Shown here piece by piece: positions 7,285 to 16,984 of a stretch of 64,000 bases of DNA. Both the position numbers and the translations under genes were made by a program. Location of the stretch: contig BTUM01000002.1 in the NCBI GenBank assembly GCA_045863235.1, forward strand, positions 96,001-160,000, read 5' to 3'. How positions within the stretch are numbered: position 1 is the stretch's first letter; every line of letters starts with the position of its first letter. Source of the stretch: Candidatus Xenobia bacterium (GTDB lineage Bacteria; Vulcanimicrobiota; Xenobia; Xenobiales; QWHO01). A model generated the notes under the pieces. That model saw nothing but the letters and a program-made list of their open reading frames with translations, was not told where the DNA came from and made no database searches.

Positions 7285-10284
7285 ATGGAGCTGCTTGATG
7301 AACGTCCCGACCTGGCCCTCGGAACCCTGCCGGCACTGGTCATGAACGATCCCTTCCTGGCCCAACTGGCCGACCTTTGCGCGCATGAGCCAGGTGCGCC
7401 CAAATGGGTGATCGTGCCCTCCCCGGCGGTCGGCTGGACGCTGGCCGAGCGGCTGGCCCTGAGCGGAGTCGCCTGGGCCAACCTCCGCTTTGCGACCATG
7501 CACGACCTGGCTCGCGATCTGGCCGCTCCTCACCTGTTGGAAGCCGGCCTCGACCCGGTGCCGGACGGTCTCTCCGCCTCGCTGCTGCTCCGCCTGTTGC
7601 TGGATCTGAGCGATGCCGAGGAGGGATACTTTCGTCCGCTGGCCGAGCAACCGCGCATGGCGGACAGCCTCTGGGCCTCATTGCTCGAGCTGCGGCTGGA
7701 AGGCTTCCAGGCCGAGAGCTTTCCCTTCGAGCAGCTCAAGCCGCCTCGAAAGGCGGCCGAGCTCCGCACTTTGCTGCTGGCTTACGAAGACTACCTGGGC
7801 CAGCACCGCCTGGCTGATCAGGCCGATCTGTATCGGGCGGCCGTCCAGCGGGTCGCCGAGGCCCCCATGGCCGACACCGACCCCCTGCTCGTCCTCCCGG
7901 GGCTCCGGCTACCCCGTCTGGCGCGGAAGTTGCTCTCATGCCTGCCTGGTCGGCGCCTGCCCGGTCGTCGACCCGAGCTGCCGGGCTGGGACCTGCCCTC
8001 CGGCTGGCCGGCCGACCAGGAGGTCGCCGGAGGCGCGAGTTTGCGCTGGCTCACCCGGCCCGTCCAGGTCCCCGGGGTCCAGACCCTGGCCGCCGGCGGA
8101 CGCGACGCCGAGTTGGAGGAAGTCTTCCGGCGGGTGCTCGAGCAGGGAATTCCGCTCGACCAGGTGGAGCTGGTGGCCTCTCAGCCCGAGCTGCGCCTCG
8201 AGCTTTGGGAGAAGGCCTGTCGTCTGGGCCTGCCCGTCTGCCTGTCCGATGGCCTGCCGGCAGCCCGCACCCGGGACGGGCGGGCCGTTCTGGGCCTGCT
8301 CTCCTGGATCGAGAGCGATTTCTCGGCCAGCCAGCTGCGCTCGCTGATCCTGGCGGGCGACCTGGTGCCGCCTGACGGTCTGGTCAACGGGGCGGTGGCT
8401 TCGATCCTCGCGCATTCGCACCTGACCTGGGGCCGCGAGACCTATCGACGTGGCCTGGGGGGCGCCAGCCTGAGGTTGCGAGCCCAGGCCGAAGAGGAGC
8501 ACGACCACGCTGAGCTGCGGCTAGCCCAGGCGGAGCGGGTGGAGACCCTGCAAGGCTGGATCCAGAGGCTGCTCGACCGTCTTCCCACCGAACAGGGCAA
8601 CCAGCTCGAGTTGGGGGCACTGATCGAGGCTTTGCTTGCCCTGCAACGGCCTCAGGCCGATCCGGCCATCACCCGGGCCCTGCGAGAGCTGCTCAGTCTG
8701 GCTCCTTTCTGGCGCCCACGGGCCCAGATCCTGCGGCTGGTGCGCGAGCGGCTCGAACGACTGCGCCTGGGTGCTTCCCGAACTCGGCCTGGCTGTCTCT
8801 ATGTGACCGGTCTGCAAGGCGCCGGCCGCTCAGGGCGGCGTTACCTTTCTTTGCTCGGATTGGAGGAAGGGCGGGTCTTCAGCCCTCCCATCGAGGATCC
8901 GGTGCTGCTCGACTGCGAGCGCTCCGCTCTGGGCCTGCCCACCTCGCTGGAGCGCATTCACGAGCAGGTCTCCGAGGTCTTGCTGGGGCTGGCCAGCTGT
9001 GAAGCCGAGCAGGTCGTCTTCAGCTACTCGGTGCGCGATCTGCGCGAGAATCGCGAGACGGTCTCTTCCTGGCTCTTCAAACAGGCCCTGCGCCTGGAGC
9101 GCGGTCCCGAGGCCGATTCGCAAGAGCCCGACCCCGTCACGGTGGTGGCCACCAGGGCCGGCTCGGCACCCTCGGTCAGCTCGTGGTGGCTGGCCCGGCT
9201 GGTCCCCACGGGCCCGGCGGCGGCCCGCTGGGTCTTGCAGGCCTATCCCTGGCTGGCCCGAGGCCAGAGGGCGGTCCAGGCTCGGGAAAGCGCGCTTTTC
9301 ACCGAGTATGACGGCCTGGTCATTCAGGCCAGCGAGCTGGATCCCCGTCGCACCGGCCGGCCTGTCTCGGCTACCGCGCTCGAGACCCTGGCTGCCTGCC
9401 CCTTCCGCTGGTTCCTCGAGCGAGCTCTGGGCCTGACTCGCCGCGAGCTCGTCTCACCCAACCCCGACCAGTGGCTGGACGCGCTCTTGCGGGGTAGCCT
9501 CATGCACGACCTTCTGGCGCTCTTCTTGCGGCGCTTGCGCTCGGCCGGTCAACGCCCGAGCCGGCGCGAGCACGAGCAAGAGCTGCTGGATCTGCTCGAG
9601 AGGAGGCTCCAGGAGCTGCGCAAGCGCATTCCGCCGGTGTCTGAAGCTCTCTATGAAGAGGAGGCCGAAGGCCTGCGCATCGATCTGGGCAAGTTTCTGG
9701 ACCACGAGGAGCGATTGACGGGACACACACCGGTGGCACTCGAGGTTACCTTCGGTATGACCGACAACGAAGGCGAGCCCCTGGATCGGGCCGAGCCAGT
9801 CAGCCTCGAGCTCGGTCCATCGGGAGTGCTCAACCTGCGCGGTCGCATCGACCGGATCGACCGGCTGGCGGACGGAACCTACCAGGTGATCGACTACAAG
9901 ACCGGGGCCCGCCCCCCGCACCCGGCTCGGGCCGTCTTCGCTTTCGGCCGTCAGCTTCAGCACGCCCTCTACGCCCTGGTAGCCGAAGAGCTCCTGGGCG
10001 GCCGGGTCAGCTCGGGAGCCTACTTCTTCCCCTCGATTCGAGCCGCCGAGGATCACTTCCACATCGAGAGGCCCGATCAGAAGCAACTCTTTGAACTGAT
10101 CGGCGAGTTGCTGGCCATCGTGGAAGGGGGGGCCTTCGTGCATACCCCCGACCCGAACCACTGCCGCTGGTGCGATTTTCGGGCAGCCTGCCACCACCAG
10201 ACCGAGCGTCACGCCCAGGTCAAGCTCGAGAACAGGGCCAATGAGATGCTCGAGCCCTATCGCAGGCTGCGCGCCTACCCCTGA
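7285..10284 (+). CDS. AddB/RexB-like PD-(D/E)xK nuclease with Fe-S staple cysteines
   Basis: SATALETLAACPFRWF, LRGRIDRID, VIDYKTG, QLQHALYA and CRWCDFRAAC, preceded by a long inactive-helicase-like region. Confidence 0.8.
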   Translation: MELLDERPDLALGTLPALVMNDPFLAQLADLCAHEPGAPKWVIVPSPAVGWTLAERLALSGVAWANLRFATMHDLARDLAAPHLLEAGLDPVPDGLSASLLLRLLLDLSDAEEGYFRPLAEQPRMADSLWASLLELRLEGFQAESFPFEQLKPPRKAAELRTLLLAYEDYLGQHRLADQADLYRAAVQRVAEAPMADTDPLLVLPGLRLPRLARKLLSCLPGRRLPGRRPELPGWDLPSGWPADQEVAGGASLRWLTRPVQVPGVQTLAAGGRDAELEEVFRRVLEQGIPLDQVELVASQPELRLELWEKACRLGLPVCLSDGLPAARTRDGRAVLGLLSWIESDFSASQLRSLILAGDLVPPDGLVNGAVASILAHSHLTWGRETYRRGLGGASLRLRAQAEEEHDHAELRLAQAERVETLQGWIQRLLDRLPTEQGNQLELGALIEALLALQRPQADPAITRALRELLSLAPFWRPRAQILRLVRERLERLRLGASRTRPGCLYVTGLQGAGRSGRRYLSLLGLEEGRVFSPPIEDPVLLDCERSALGLPTSLERIHEQVSEVLLGLASCEAEQVVFSYSVRDLRENRETVSSWLFKQALRLERGPEADSQEPDPVTVVATRAGSAPSVSSWWLARLVPTGPAAARWVLQAYPWLARGQRAVQARESALFTEYDGLVIQASELDPRRTGRPVSATALETLAACPFRWFLERALGLTRRELVSPNPDQWLDALLRGSLMHDLLALFLRRLRSAGQRPSRREHEQELLDLLERRLQELRKRIPPVSEALYEEEAEGLRIDLGKFLDHEERLTGHTPVALEVTFGMTDNEGEPLDRAEPVSLELGPSGVLNLRGRIDRIDRLADGTYQVIDYKTGARPPHPARAVFAFGRQLQHALYALVAEELLGGRVSSGAYFFPSIRAAEDHFHIERPDQKQLFELIGELLAIVEGGAFVHTPDPNHCRWCDFRAACHHQTERHAQVKLENRANEMLEPYRRLRAYP

Positions 10285-11459
10285 CCCAACAAGCTCTTGC
10301 CTACCGGAGGCGGCTCCACCCCGAACACCTCGGCCAGAGTCGCCCCGATGTCGGCAAAGGTCTCTCGAATGCCGTAATCGCGTCCTCCCGCGAGCGAGGG
10401 ACAAAAGAGCAGCAGGGGAGCATACTCACGGCTGTGGTCGGTGGAGGGGGTGGTAGGATCGTTGCCGTGGTCGGCGGTCACGATCAGCAAGTCTTGCGGA
10501 CCCAACCGGTTGAGAATCTCGCCCAGGTAGCCATCGAAGGTCTCCAGGGCGGCGGCAAAGCCGGGGCAGTCATTGCGATGTCCGTAGAGCATGTCGAAGT
10601 CTTCGAAGTTCACGAACAGAAAGCCCAGATCGCTGCGGTCGGTCAGCGCCTCGAGAGTCGCCTGATAGTGATCTTCGTTGGACTGGGTGCGGCGAGCGAA
10701 GGAGAATCCGCGGCCATCGAACAGCTCGGGGACCACACCGATGCCACCCACCTTGACCCCGGCCGCGGCCAGACGGTCGATGACATTCTCGGGTGGCGAG
10801 AGGGGAAAATCCTTACGGCGCTCGGTGCGCCGATAGCCCCCCTCAGCCGTCCCTTCGAAGGGGCGTGCGATGACGCGCTGCACCGAGTGCTCCCCCTTGA
10901 GGAGGCCGCGGGCGATCCGGCAAAGCTCGTAGAGGCGCTCGATGGGAACCACTGCCTCATGGCAGGCGATCTGAAAGACGCTGTCAGCGCTGGTATAGAC
11001 GATGGGATGGCCGGTGGCCTGGTGCTCCGGGCCAAGACGCTTGAGGATCTCGGTGCCCGAGGCAGCGCAGTTGCCCAGCACCGGAGAGCCGATTGCCGCG
11101 CAAAAAGGCTCGATCACCTCGGGCGGAAAGCCCTGTGGGTAGGTGGGGAAGGGGCTCGTGGTCACGACTCCCATCATCTCCCAGTGGCCGGTGACGGTGT
11201 CCTTTCCGCCCAGCGAGCGCTCGGTCAATCGGCCGTAGGAGCCGCGAGGGTGCTCGACCGGCAGGGCCCCGGGCAGAGCCAGGAAGTTCCCCAATCCCAA
11301 CGAGCGCAAGGTCGGAATGCGCAAACCGCCCACCTTCCGGGCCAGGTGAACCAGGGTATCTCCAGCATTCTCTCCCACGTCGCCAAAAAGCTCGGCGTCA
11401 GGCGCCGTGCCGGCCCCACAGCCGTCCATCACGATAACGAGCACTCGTTGCAGCTTCAT
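10275..11459 (-). CDS. deoB: Phosphopentomutase
   Basis: IVMDGCGAG, GKDTVTGHWEM, YTSADSVFQIA, DFDMLYGHRND, TADHGNDPT, TDHSRE. Confidence 0.95.
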   Translation of the reverse strand: MKLQRVLVIVMDGCGAGTAPDAELFGDVGENAGDTLVHLARKVGGLRIPTLRSLGLGNFLALPGALPVEHPRGSYGRLTERSLGGKDTVTGHWEMMGVVTTSPFPTYPQGFPPEVIEPFCAAIGSPVLGNCAASGTEILKRLGPEHQATGHPIVYTSADSVFQIACHEAVVPIERLYELCRIARGLLKGEHSVQRVIARPFEGTAEGGYRRTERRKDFPLSPPENVIDRLAAAGVKVGGIGVVPELFDGRGFSFARRTQSNEDHYQATLEALTDRSDLGFLFVNFEDFDMLYGHRNDCPGFAAALETFDGYLGEILNRLGPQDLLIVTADHGNDPTTPSTDHSREYAPLLLFCPSLAGGRDYGIRETFADIGATLAEVFGVEPPPVGKSLLGQG

Positions 11460-11557
11460 CCGGGTCCCTTCCCGCCCCCTGCAGACGGATCCTGGGAAGG
11501 CAAGATCGGGTCCAAGAGGGAATGCAGGCTCTTCACTTTCATTGTCGGAGGTTTCTC

Positions 11558-12760
11558 GTGGCCGATCGCAAGGTAACCTTTCTCTGCATGGCGAGCTTTT
11601 TCAAAGGCACCGCCTTCATCGAGGAGTGCCGCGCCCTCGGCTGCAACACCTTGCTGTTGACCAACGAGCACCTCAAGGAGAAACCCTGGCCCTGGCAGGC
11701 CATCGACGAGCGTTTCTTCATGCACGACATCTATCGCCAGCCCGATGTCACCAGGGCGGTCAGCTATCTGGCCCGCACCCGCGAGATCGATCGCATCGTG
11801 CCCCTGGACGACTTTGACGTCGAGGTAGCGGCCTCGCTGCGCGAGCACCTGCGCTCTCCCGGGATGGGCGACACAACCGCCCGATTCTTCCGCGACAAGC
11901 TGGCCATGCGGGTGCAGGCTCGGGACGAAGGAATTCCGGTTCCCGAGTTCGTGCACGTGCTCAATCACAAGCAGATCGACGAGTTCAGCCGCAAAGTGCC
12001 CGGGCCCTGGATGCTCAAACCCCGAAGCCAGGCGGGAGCGGTTGGCATCAAGAAGATTCACAGCGCAGAAGAGCTGTGGCGTCGGGTCCACGAGTTGGGC
12101 GACGAGCAATCCTACCACCTGCTCGAGCGCTGCGTGGCAGGCGACGTGTTCCACGTCGATTCGATCGTCTACGACAAGAAAGTGCTCTTCCAGGTCGCCT
12201 CGCGCTACGGGACCCCGCCCTTCAACATCTGGAACGAAGGAGGGGTGTTCCTCAGCCACACCGTGAACCCCAAGAGCTCACTCAATCGCGAGCTGCTGGC
12301 ACTCAACGAGAAGCTGATCAAGGCCATGCGGCTGGTGCGAGGAGTCACCCACGCCGAGTTCATCAAGGGCCATGACGGCCAACTGTACTTCCTGGAGCTG
12401 GCTGCCAGGGTTGGCGGCGCCAACATCGACCGGCTGGTGGAAGAGGCCTCGGGGTTCAACCTCTGGCGCGAGTGGGCCCGCCTGGAATACGCCTACTGCG
12501 TCAAAAAGCCCTATGAGCTTCCCAAGCCCAAGAACCTGCACGCGGGGCTCTTGATCTGCCTGTCACGAGCCGAGAAGCCCGATCTGTCCCGGTTCAACGC
12601 GCCCGAGGTCGTCTGGCGCCACGCCGAGGATCATCATGCCGGACTGGTTGTGGCAGGCAAGGATTATGATCGGGTCAACGAGCTCCTGGGACGCTATCAA
12701 CATCAGCTCACCAAAGAGATTCTGGCCGTTCAGCCCCCGACCGACAAAGCGATTCATTGA
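11558..12760 (+). CDS. ATP-grasp domain protein
   Basis: FRDKLAMR, MLKPRSQAGAVG, THAEF, FLELAARVGG. GTG start after GGAGG. Confidence 0.85.
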   Translation: MADRKVTFLCMASFFKGTAFIEECRALGCNTLLLTNEHLKEKPWPWQAIDERFFMHDIYRQPDVTRAVSYLARTREIDRIVPLDDFDVEVAASLREHLRSPGMGDTTARFFRDKLAMRVQARDEGIPVPEFVHVLNHKQIDEFSRKVPGPWMLKPRSQAGAVGIKKIHSAEELWRRVHELGDEQSYHLLERCVAGDVFHVDSIVYDKKVLFQVASRYGTPPFNIWNEGGVFLSHTVNPKSSLNRELLALNEKLIKAMRLVRGVTHAEFIKGHDGQLYFLELAARVGGANIDRLVEEASGFNLWREWARLEYAYCVKKPYELPKPKNLHAGLLICLSRAEKPDLSRFNAPEVVWRHAEDHHAGLVVAGKDYDRVNELLGRYQHQLTKEILAVQPPTDKAIH

Positions 12761-12889
12761 ATCAGACCGGGGCCGGGAACTGCGCCCCCCGTCACGGATC
12801 CTTCGAAAACCTGCTTATCGAGGCGCGCCGCAGGACGCCCGGAGCGACCCGAGAACAGTCACCGAACCTCTGACGATCCTGGAGCAAGG

Positions 12890-15406
12890 ATGTTTACGGA
12901 CGCAGCAATCCAGCGCACGAGCTCGATCCTGATCGCATTCGTCCTGACCCTATGCCTGCTGTCCATCGCCTGCGCGCTCTATGCCCGGAAGATTCAGGCC
13001 AGCGAAGTGCAGGCCCAACAAAGTCAGCGAACTGCTTTCCAGGCCACCGATCAGCTGGCTCTCAGCGACTTTCGCAGGAGCGATTCTCTGCGCGCTCTGG
13101 CTGCAACCGGAGAGGTCAGGTACCTGAGCGCTCTCGAGCGGTCGAAGACCGACCCGGCCCGGACCGAATCCATCCAGAGCTTGAAGCGGCTGGCACTGAC
13201 CTCTGAGGAGCAACGGCTCATCACCCAGGCCGGACAGAAGGCTGACTCTCTGGCCCAGCTTGAGCAAGATGCTCTGGATGCGGTCGCGAAGAAAGACCTG
13301 GCCCGCGCCATCGCGATCGTCCACAGCCCGGAGTATGAGAGTGCCAGGGCCTCGGTGACGGAACCAATCGCGCAGTTGAGGCAAGCGCTGGACAGGCGCT
13401 CGAAAGAGCAGGTCGCCAGGCTTTCAGAAAGCTCCACTCTGCTCGGCCAACTCGCTTTGGGCACTCAAGTGCTGACCGTGCTGACGGTGCTGGTCGCCCT
13501 GGTCTTTTTTTATCAAAGGCGGGTGGTCGGCCCGGTCGTGGCTCTGAGCAGGTCCATCCAGGCCCTGGTTTCGGGTCAGAGCGCCACTGACATCGGCTAC
13601 CAGCGGGACCGTTCGGAGATCGGGGGGCTGGCCCGAGCGATGGAGCAGCTCAGGCAGACTCAAAGAGAAGCGGAGCATCGGCGTTGGGTGGCCGCCAGTG
13701 TCACCGAGCTGACCGAAGACCTGCACGGGGCGGAGCAACCCGACGAGTTTGGCCGGCGAGCGCTCTCCCGGCTGGTCCCACTGGTAGGCGGGGGATATGG
13801 CGCCTTTCACCTGCTCGACGAGGCCGATGGGCGCTACCACCTCACAAGTGGGTATTCGATCCCACCGGGCCAGCCTGACGGAGCGAGTTTCGCCCCGGGC
13901 AGCGGGCTCGCCGGTCAGGCAGTTCTCGACCGCAAGAGCCTGGTGCTGAAAGACCTTCCCGCCGACTCTGTCAGCATCGTCTCGGGCCTGGGCCAGGCCC
14001 GGCCGCAAAGCCTGGCAATCATTCCCATCCAGACCCAGGAAAGGGTTGTTGCCGCGCTCGAGATCGCATCATTGTCCACGCTGACCCCAGAGCACGTGAC
14101 GCTGCTCGAGGAGTCAGCCGGGCGTATGGCTCTCCAGCTGGAGATCATGCAACGAAATCTGCGCACTCGCACTTTGCTCGAGCAGGTGCGGCTGAGCGAC
14201 GAGCGCACCCGGCTGCTGCTCGATTCCACCAGTGAAGGAATCTTTGGCGTCGACATCGAGGGGCGTATCGACTTCGTCAATGCCGCTGCCTGCGACTTGC
14301 TCGGCCACACTGCCCGGGAGATGCTCGGTCAGGGCTCTCACGCTCTCATGCACCACCATCATGAGGATGGCAGCGAGTATCCGGTCCACGAGTGTCCCAT
14401 GTATGCCGCCTACACCCGCGGCGAAGCCAGCCGCGTCGACAATGAAGTTCTGTGGCGAAAGGACGGCACCAGCTTCCCGGTCGAGTATGGGGCCACGCCG
14501 ATCCGCAAGGAAAATTCGCTCTGCGGCGCCGTGGTCAGCTTTACCGATATCACCGAACGCAAGCGGATGGAGAAAGAACTGCGCCATCAGTTCTTCTTAT
14601 CCGATTGCGCGCTTGACCTGACCCGGGCAGGTCACTGGCACGTACCCCTGGACGGCTCCGGATGGTACAACTCCTCCGAGCGAGCTGCTCGCATCTTCGG
14701 CGATCTTCCAAGCCCCGGCTACCGTTACCGGGTTGACGAGTGGGCCGCCCACGTGTTTGAAGGCGACGAGGCTGCCGCCAAATTGACGATGGAGAACTTC
14801 AATGCGGCCGTGGCCGGGACGATTCCCGTCTATGACGCTATCTACGCTTACAAACGCCCGTTGGACGGCGAGATCGTATGGATTCACGCCCTGGGCCACG
14901 TGGTCAAAGATTCCGATGGTAAGCCCACCGACATGTACGGGGTGACGCAAGACATCACTCGAATCAAACGAGCCGAGTTCGAGCTCAAAGCAACCGAAGA
15001 ATTCTACCGCAGCGTGCTCGAGGGCGCGCCGGACGGCTTGATGGTGGTGGACCAACAGGGCGTGATCCGGCTGGCCAACCTCCAGAGCGAAAGACTTTTC
15101 GGCTACGAACCTGGGGAGTTGGTCGGCCTGCCGGTGGAGCGCCTGGTTCCGCACGAGGCTCAAGCCGCGCACCCGGGGCTGGTCCAAAGCTTCTTTCGAG
15201 ACCTGAAAGCCCGCGAGATGGGCTCAGGGCGCGAGCTCAGAGGACTGCGCAAGGACGGAACCACATTTCTGGTGGAGATCGGACTGAGCCCCCTGCCGGT
15301 CCATTCAGGAAGGGGGCAACAGGTGGCCGTTTCGATCCGTGACGTGAGCCACAAGAGAGCGTTTGTCGCCAGAGCAGCGAGTTCGGGGCAAGAACCCGGC
15401 GCCTGA
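12890..15406 (+). CDS. Membrane sensor (2 TM, HAMP, GAF, 3 PAS) lacking an output domain
   Basis: Two TM segments, HAMP (RSEIGGLARAM), GAF (GSGLAGQA), PAS/PAC motifs (RKDGTSFPVE, DITERKR, RKDGTTFLVEI). No HisKA or GGDEF domain follows. Confidence 0.8.
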   Translation: MFTDAAIQRTSSILIAFVLTLCLLSIACALYARKIQASEVQAQQSQRTAFQATDQLALSDFRRSDSLRALAATGEVRYLSALERSKTDPARTESIQSLKRLALTSEEQRLITQAGQKADSLAQLEQDALDAVAKKDLARAIAIVHSPEYESARASVTEPIAQLRQALDRRSKEQVARLSESSTLLGQLALGTQVLTVLTVLVALVFFYQRRVVGPVVALSRSIQALVSGQSATDIGYQRDRSEIGGLARAMEQLRQTQREAEHRRWVAASVTELTEDLHGAEQPDEFGRRALSRLVPLVGGGYGAFHLLDEADGRYHLTSGYSIPPGQPDGASFAPGSGLAGQAVLDRKSLVLKDLPADSVSIVSGLGQARPQSLAIIPIQTQERVVAALEIASLSTLTPEHVTLLEESAGRMALQLEIMQRNLRTRTLLEQVRLSDERTRLLLDSTSEGIFGVDIEGRIDFVNAAACDLLGHTAREMLGQGSHALMHHHHEDGSEYPVHECPMYAAYTRGEASRVDNEVLWRKDGTSFPVEYGATPIRKENSLCGAVVSFTDITERKRMEKELRHQFFLSDCALDLTRAGHWHVPLDGSGWYNSSERAARIFGDLPSPGYRYRVDEWAAHVFEGDEAAAKLTMENFNAAVAGTIPVYDAIYAYKRPLDGEIVWIHALGHVVKDSDGKPTDMYGVTQDITRIKRAEFELKATEEFYRSVLEGAPDGLMVVDQQGVIRLANLQSERLFGYEPGELVGLPVERLVPHEAQAAHPGLVQSFFRDLKAREMGSGRELRGLRKDGTTFLVEIGLSPLPVHSGRGQQVAVSIRDVSHKRAFVARAASSGQEPGA

Positions 15407-15413
15407 ATTCACA

Positions 15414-16907
15414 TCAGAACATGAATTGCGACTCGCCTGGCACCACCTCGGGCCTGGCCGGGGCCGGGATGGCGCCATTGGCATAGTTGGACTTGACGAC
15501 CAGAAAGACCGGGTAGTTGGAGCCCGACTGGGGAAACGTCTCGATGCGGACCTCGCGCTGCTCCCCCGGCTCGAGCTCCCACTCCCCCACCTTGATCTCG
15601 CTGGCCGAGTTACCCATGTCGGTTTCCACCCTCTGGCCGTCGACATACAGGCTGCCCCGCGCTGGCCCTGCTCGAGGCACGAAGTCGATCCAGGCTTTGC
15701 GGGGAACCGCGTCAGGGTTGATCAGAAGCACTCGCACCCGATAGACCATTCCGAAGTGGCCGTAATTGGTCTCGCCCGTGCCCGGCTCCACTTCGAAGGG
15801 AGCCTCGCCCAGAGGCATGTAGGTGAAGGGACCGCCCAGGTTGTGGGCGTGGGCCACGTCCATCGCCGCTGGGAAGAGTCCGCGACCGGTCCGGCCCCCC
15901 GTATCCGGCGCCTCCTCGCTGGGAATGCTGCCCCGACCGTGCTCGCTGGCCCGGACCAACACTCGCAGCTGGGATCCGTCCAGAGGCTCGAGCCAGCCCA
16001 TGCCACTGACGGTCTGACCCGATTTGAGCAGCTTGCGGTCGAGCACCACCTCCTGCCCCGGTCCCACCCGCAAAAAGAAGCTCTCTGCCTTCTCTTGCTG
16101 GTCGAGCAGCAGCTGGGCGGCCTTGTGGCCGGCGAAGATCTCGTCGTTGCTCGGACCCACGCTGGCCACCGCCACTCGGACTCTGGCCGGTGTCGCATTC
16201 ACGTTCTTGAGCAAGACCTCGAGCTCTTGATGAGGAGCGTCCGGACTGCCTCTATGGTGGTAGAGCAAGCGGCTTGGTCCGGGTGGCAGGGGGCGATCGA
16301 GCAACATGCCGGGAGCGAGCACCAGCTCGGGACGGTTGCTGACCACCAGTGTGCGAGCCGGGGTAAAGGGCAGTTGCTGCAGGGAGACATCCACCGCGAT
16401 GGTGCGGCTGACCGGCAGCAGCCCCGGACCGCTGGCGCTCACATCCACCAGCAGAGCACCATTTGCGCGACGCGGCTGCAGGCTCAGCTGAGCTCGCGGG
16501 TCGAGCCCGGTCTGGGCATCCATGGCCACCCGCAGCGCCTGGGAGAGGACGGTGTGGGAAACGCTCTCTCCGGTCAGGCTGACGGACAGGCGAGCGGGCA
16601 GACGAGCGGCTGGAGTGCGCACCTGGATTGGCAACCCGACTTCACGAGAGCCAAAGCTGAGGCTGACCAGAGCATCGCCTTCCGCGAGGCCGCGCACCAC
16701 CACCCGGTTTCCCTCCAAGCGGGCCTCGGCCACCTCGGGGTCGGACACGATCACCTCGGGCCGACTCGGGCCCTGCCAGGCAGCGCTTCGCGCCTCTCCC
16801 AGAGGGACCACGAGCCGGGTCGGCCGGACGCTGATGGGGGGCGCGGCCAGGGCTGCCAGCATCAAGCAGGCCAGCAGGCAAAGGCCCCAAAGGCTGGAAC
16901 GGCGCAC
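15414..16907 (-). CDS. Secreted protein with an N-terminal Ig-like (pilus-assembly N-terminal-like) domain
   Basis: Signal peptide followed by VIVSDPEVAEA...VVVRGLAEGDALV, typical of pilus-N/Ig-like domains. Confidence 0.6.
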   Translation of the reverse strand: MRRSSLWGLCLLACLMLAALAAPPISVRPTRLVVPLGEARSAAWQGPSRPEVIVSDPEVAEARLEGNRVVVRGLAEGDALVSLSFGSREVGLPIQVRTPAARLPARLSVSLTGESVSHTVLSQALRVAMDAQTGLDPRAQLSLQPRRANGALLVDVSASGPGLLPVSRTIAVDVSLQQLPFTPARTLVVSNRPELVLAPGMLLDRPLPPGPSRLLYHHRGSPDAPHQELEVLLKNVNATPARVRVAVASVGPSNDEIFAGHKAAQLLLDQQEKAESFFLRVGPGQEVVLDRKLLKSGQTVSGMGWLEPLDGSQLRVLVRASEHGRGSIPSEEAPDTGGRTGRGLFPAAMDVAHAHNLGGPFTYMPLGEAPFEVEPGTGETNYGHFGMVYRVRVLLINPDAVPRKAWIDFVPRAGPARGSLYVDGQRVETDMGNSASEIKVGEWELEPGEQREVRIETFPQSGSNYPVFLVVKSNYANGAIPAPARPEVVPGESQFMF

Positions 16908-16984
16908 AGAAAGTGCTTCCCGGCCAGGCAGGCCGGTCCTGCCCAAACAGGAATTCGCAGGCCCGAGCAGAACGTTTCGAGCTT

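Noticed and set aside
9350..10284. Cas4-like nuclease implying a CRISPR system
   Set aside because: The domain is the C-terminus of an AddB-like protein; no cas genes or repeat-spacer array were seen in the window.
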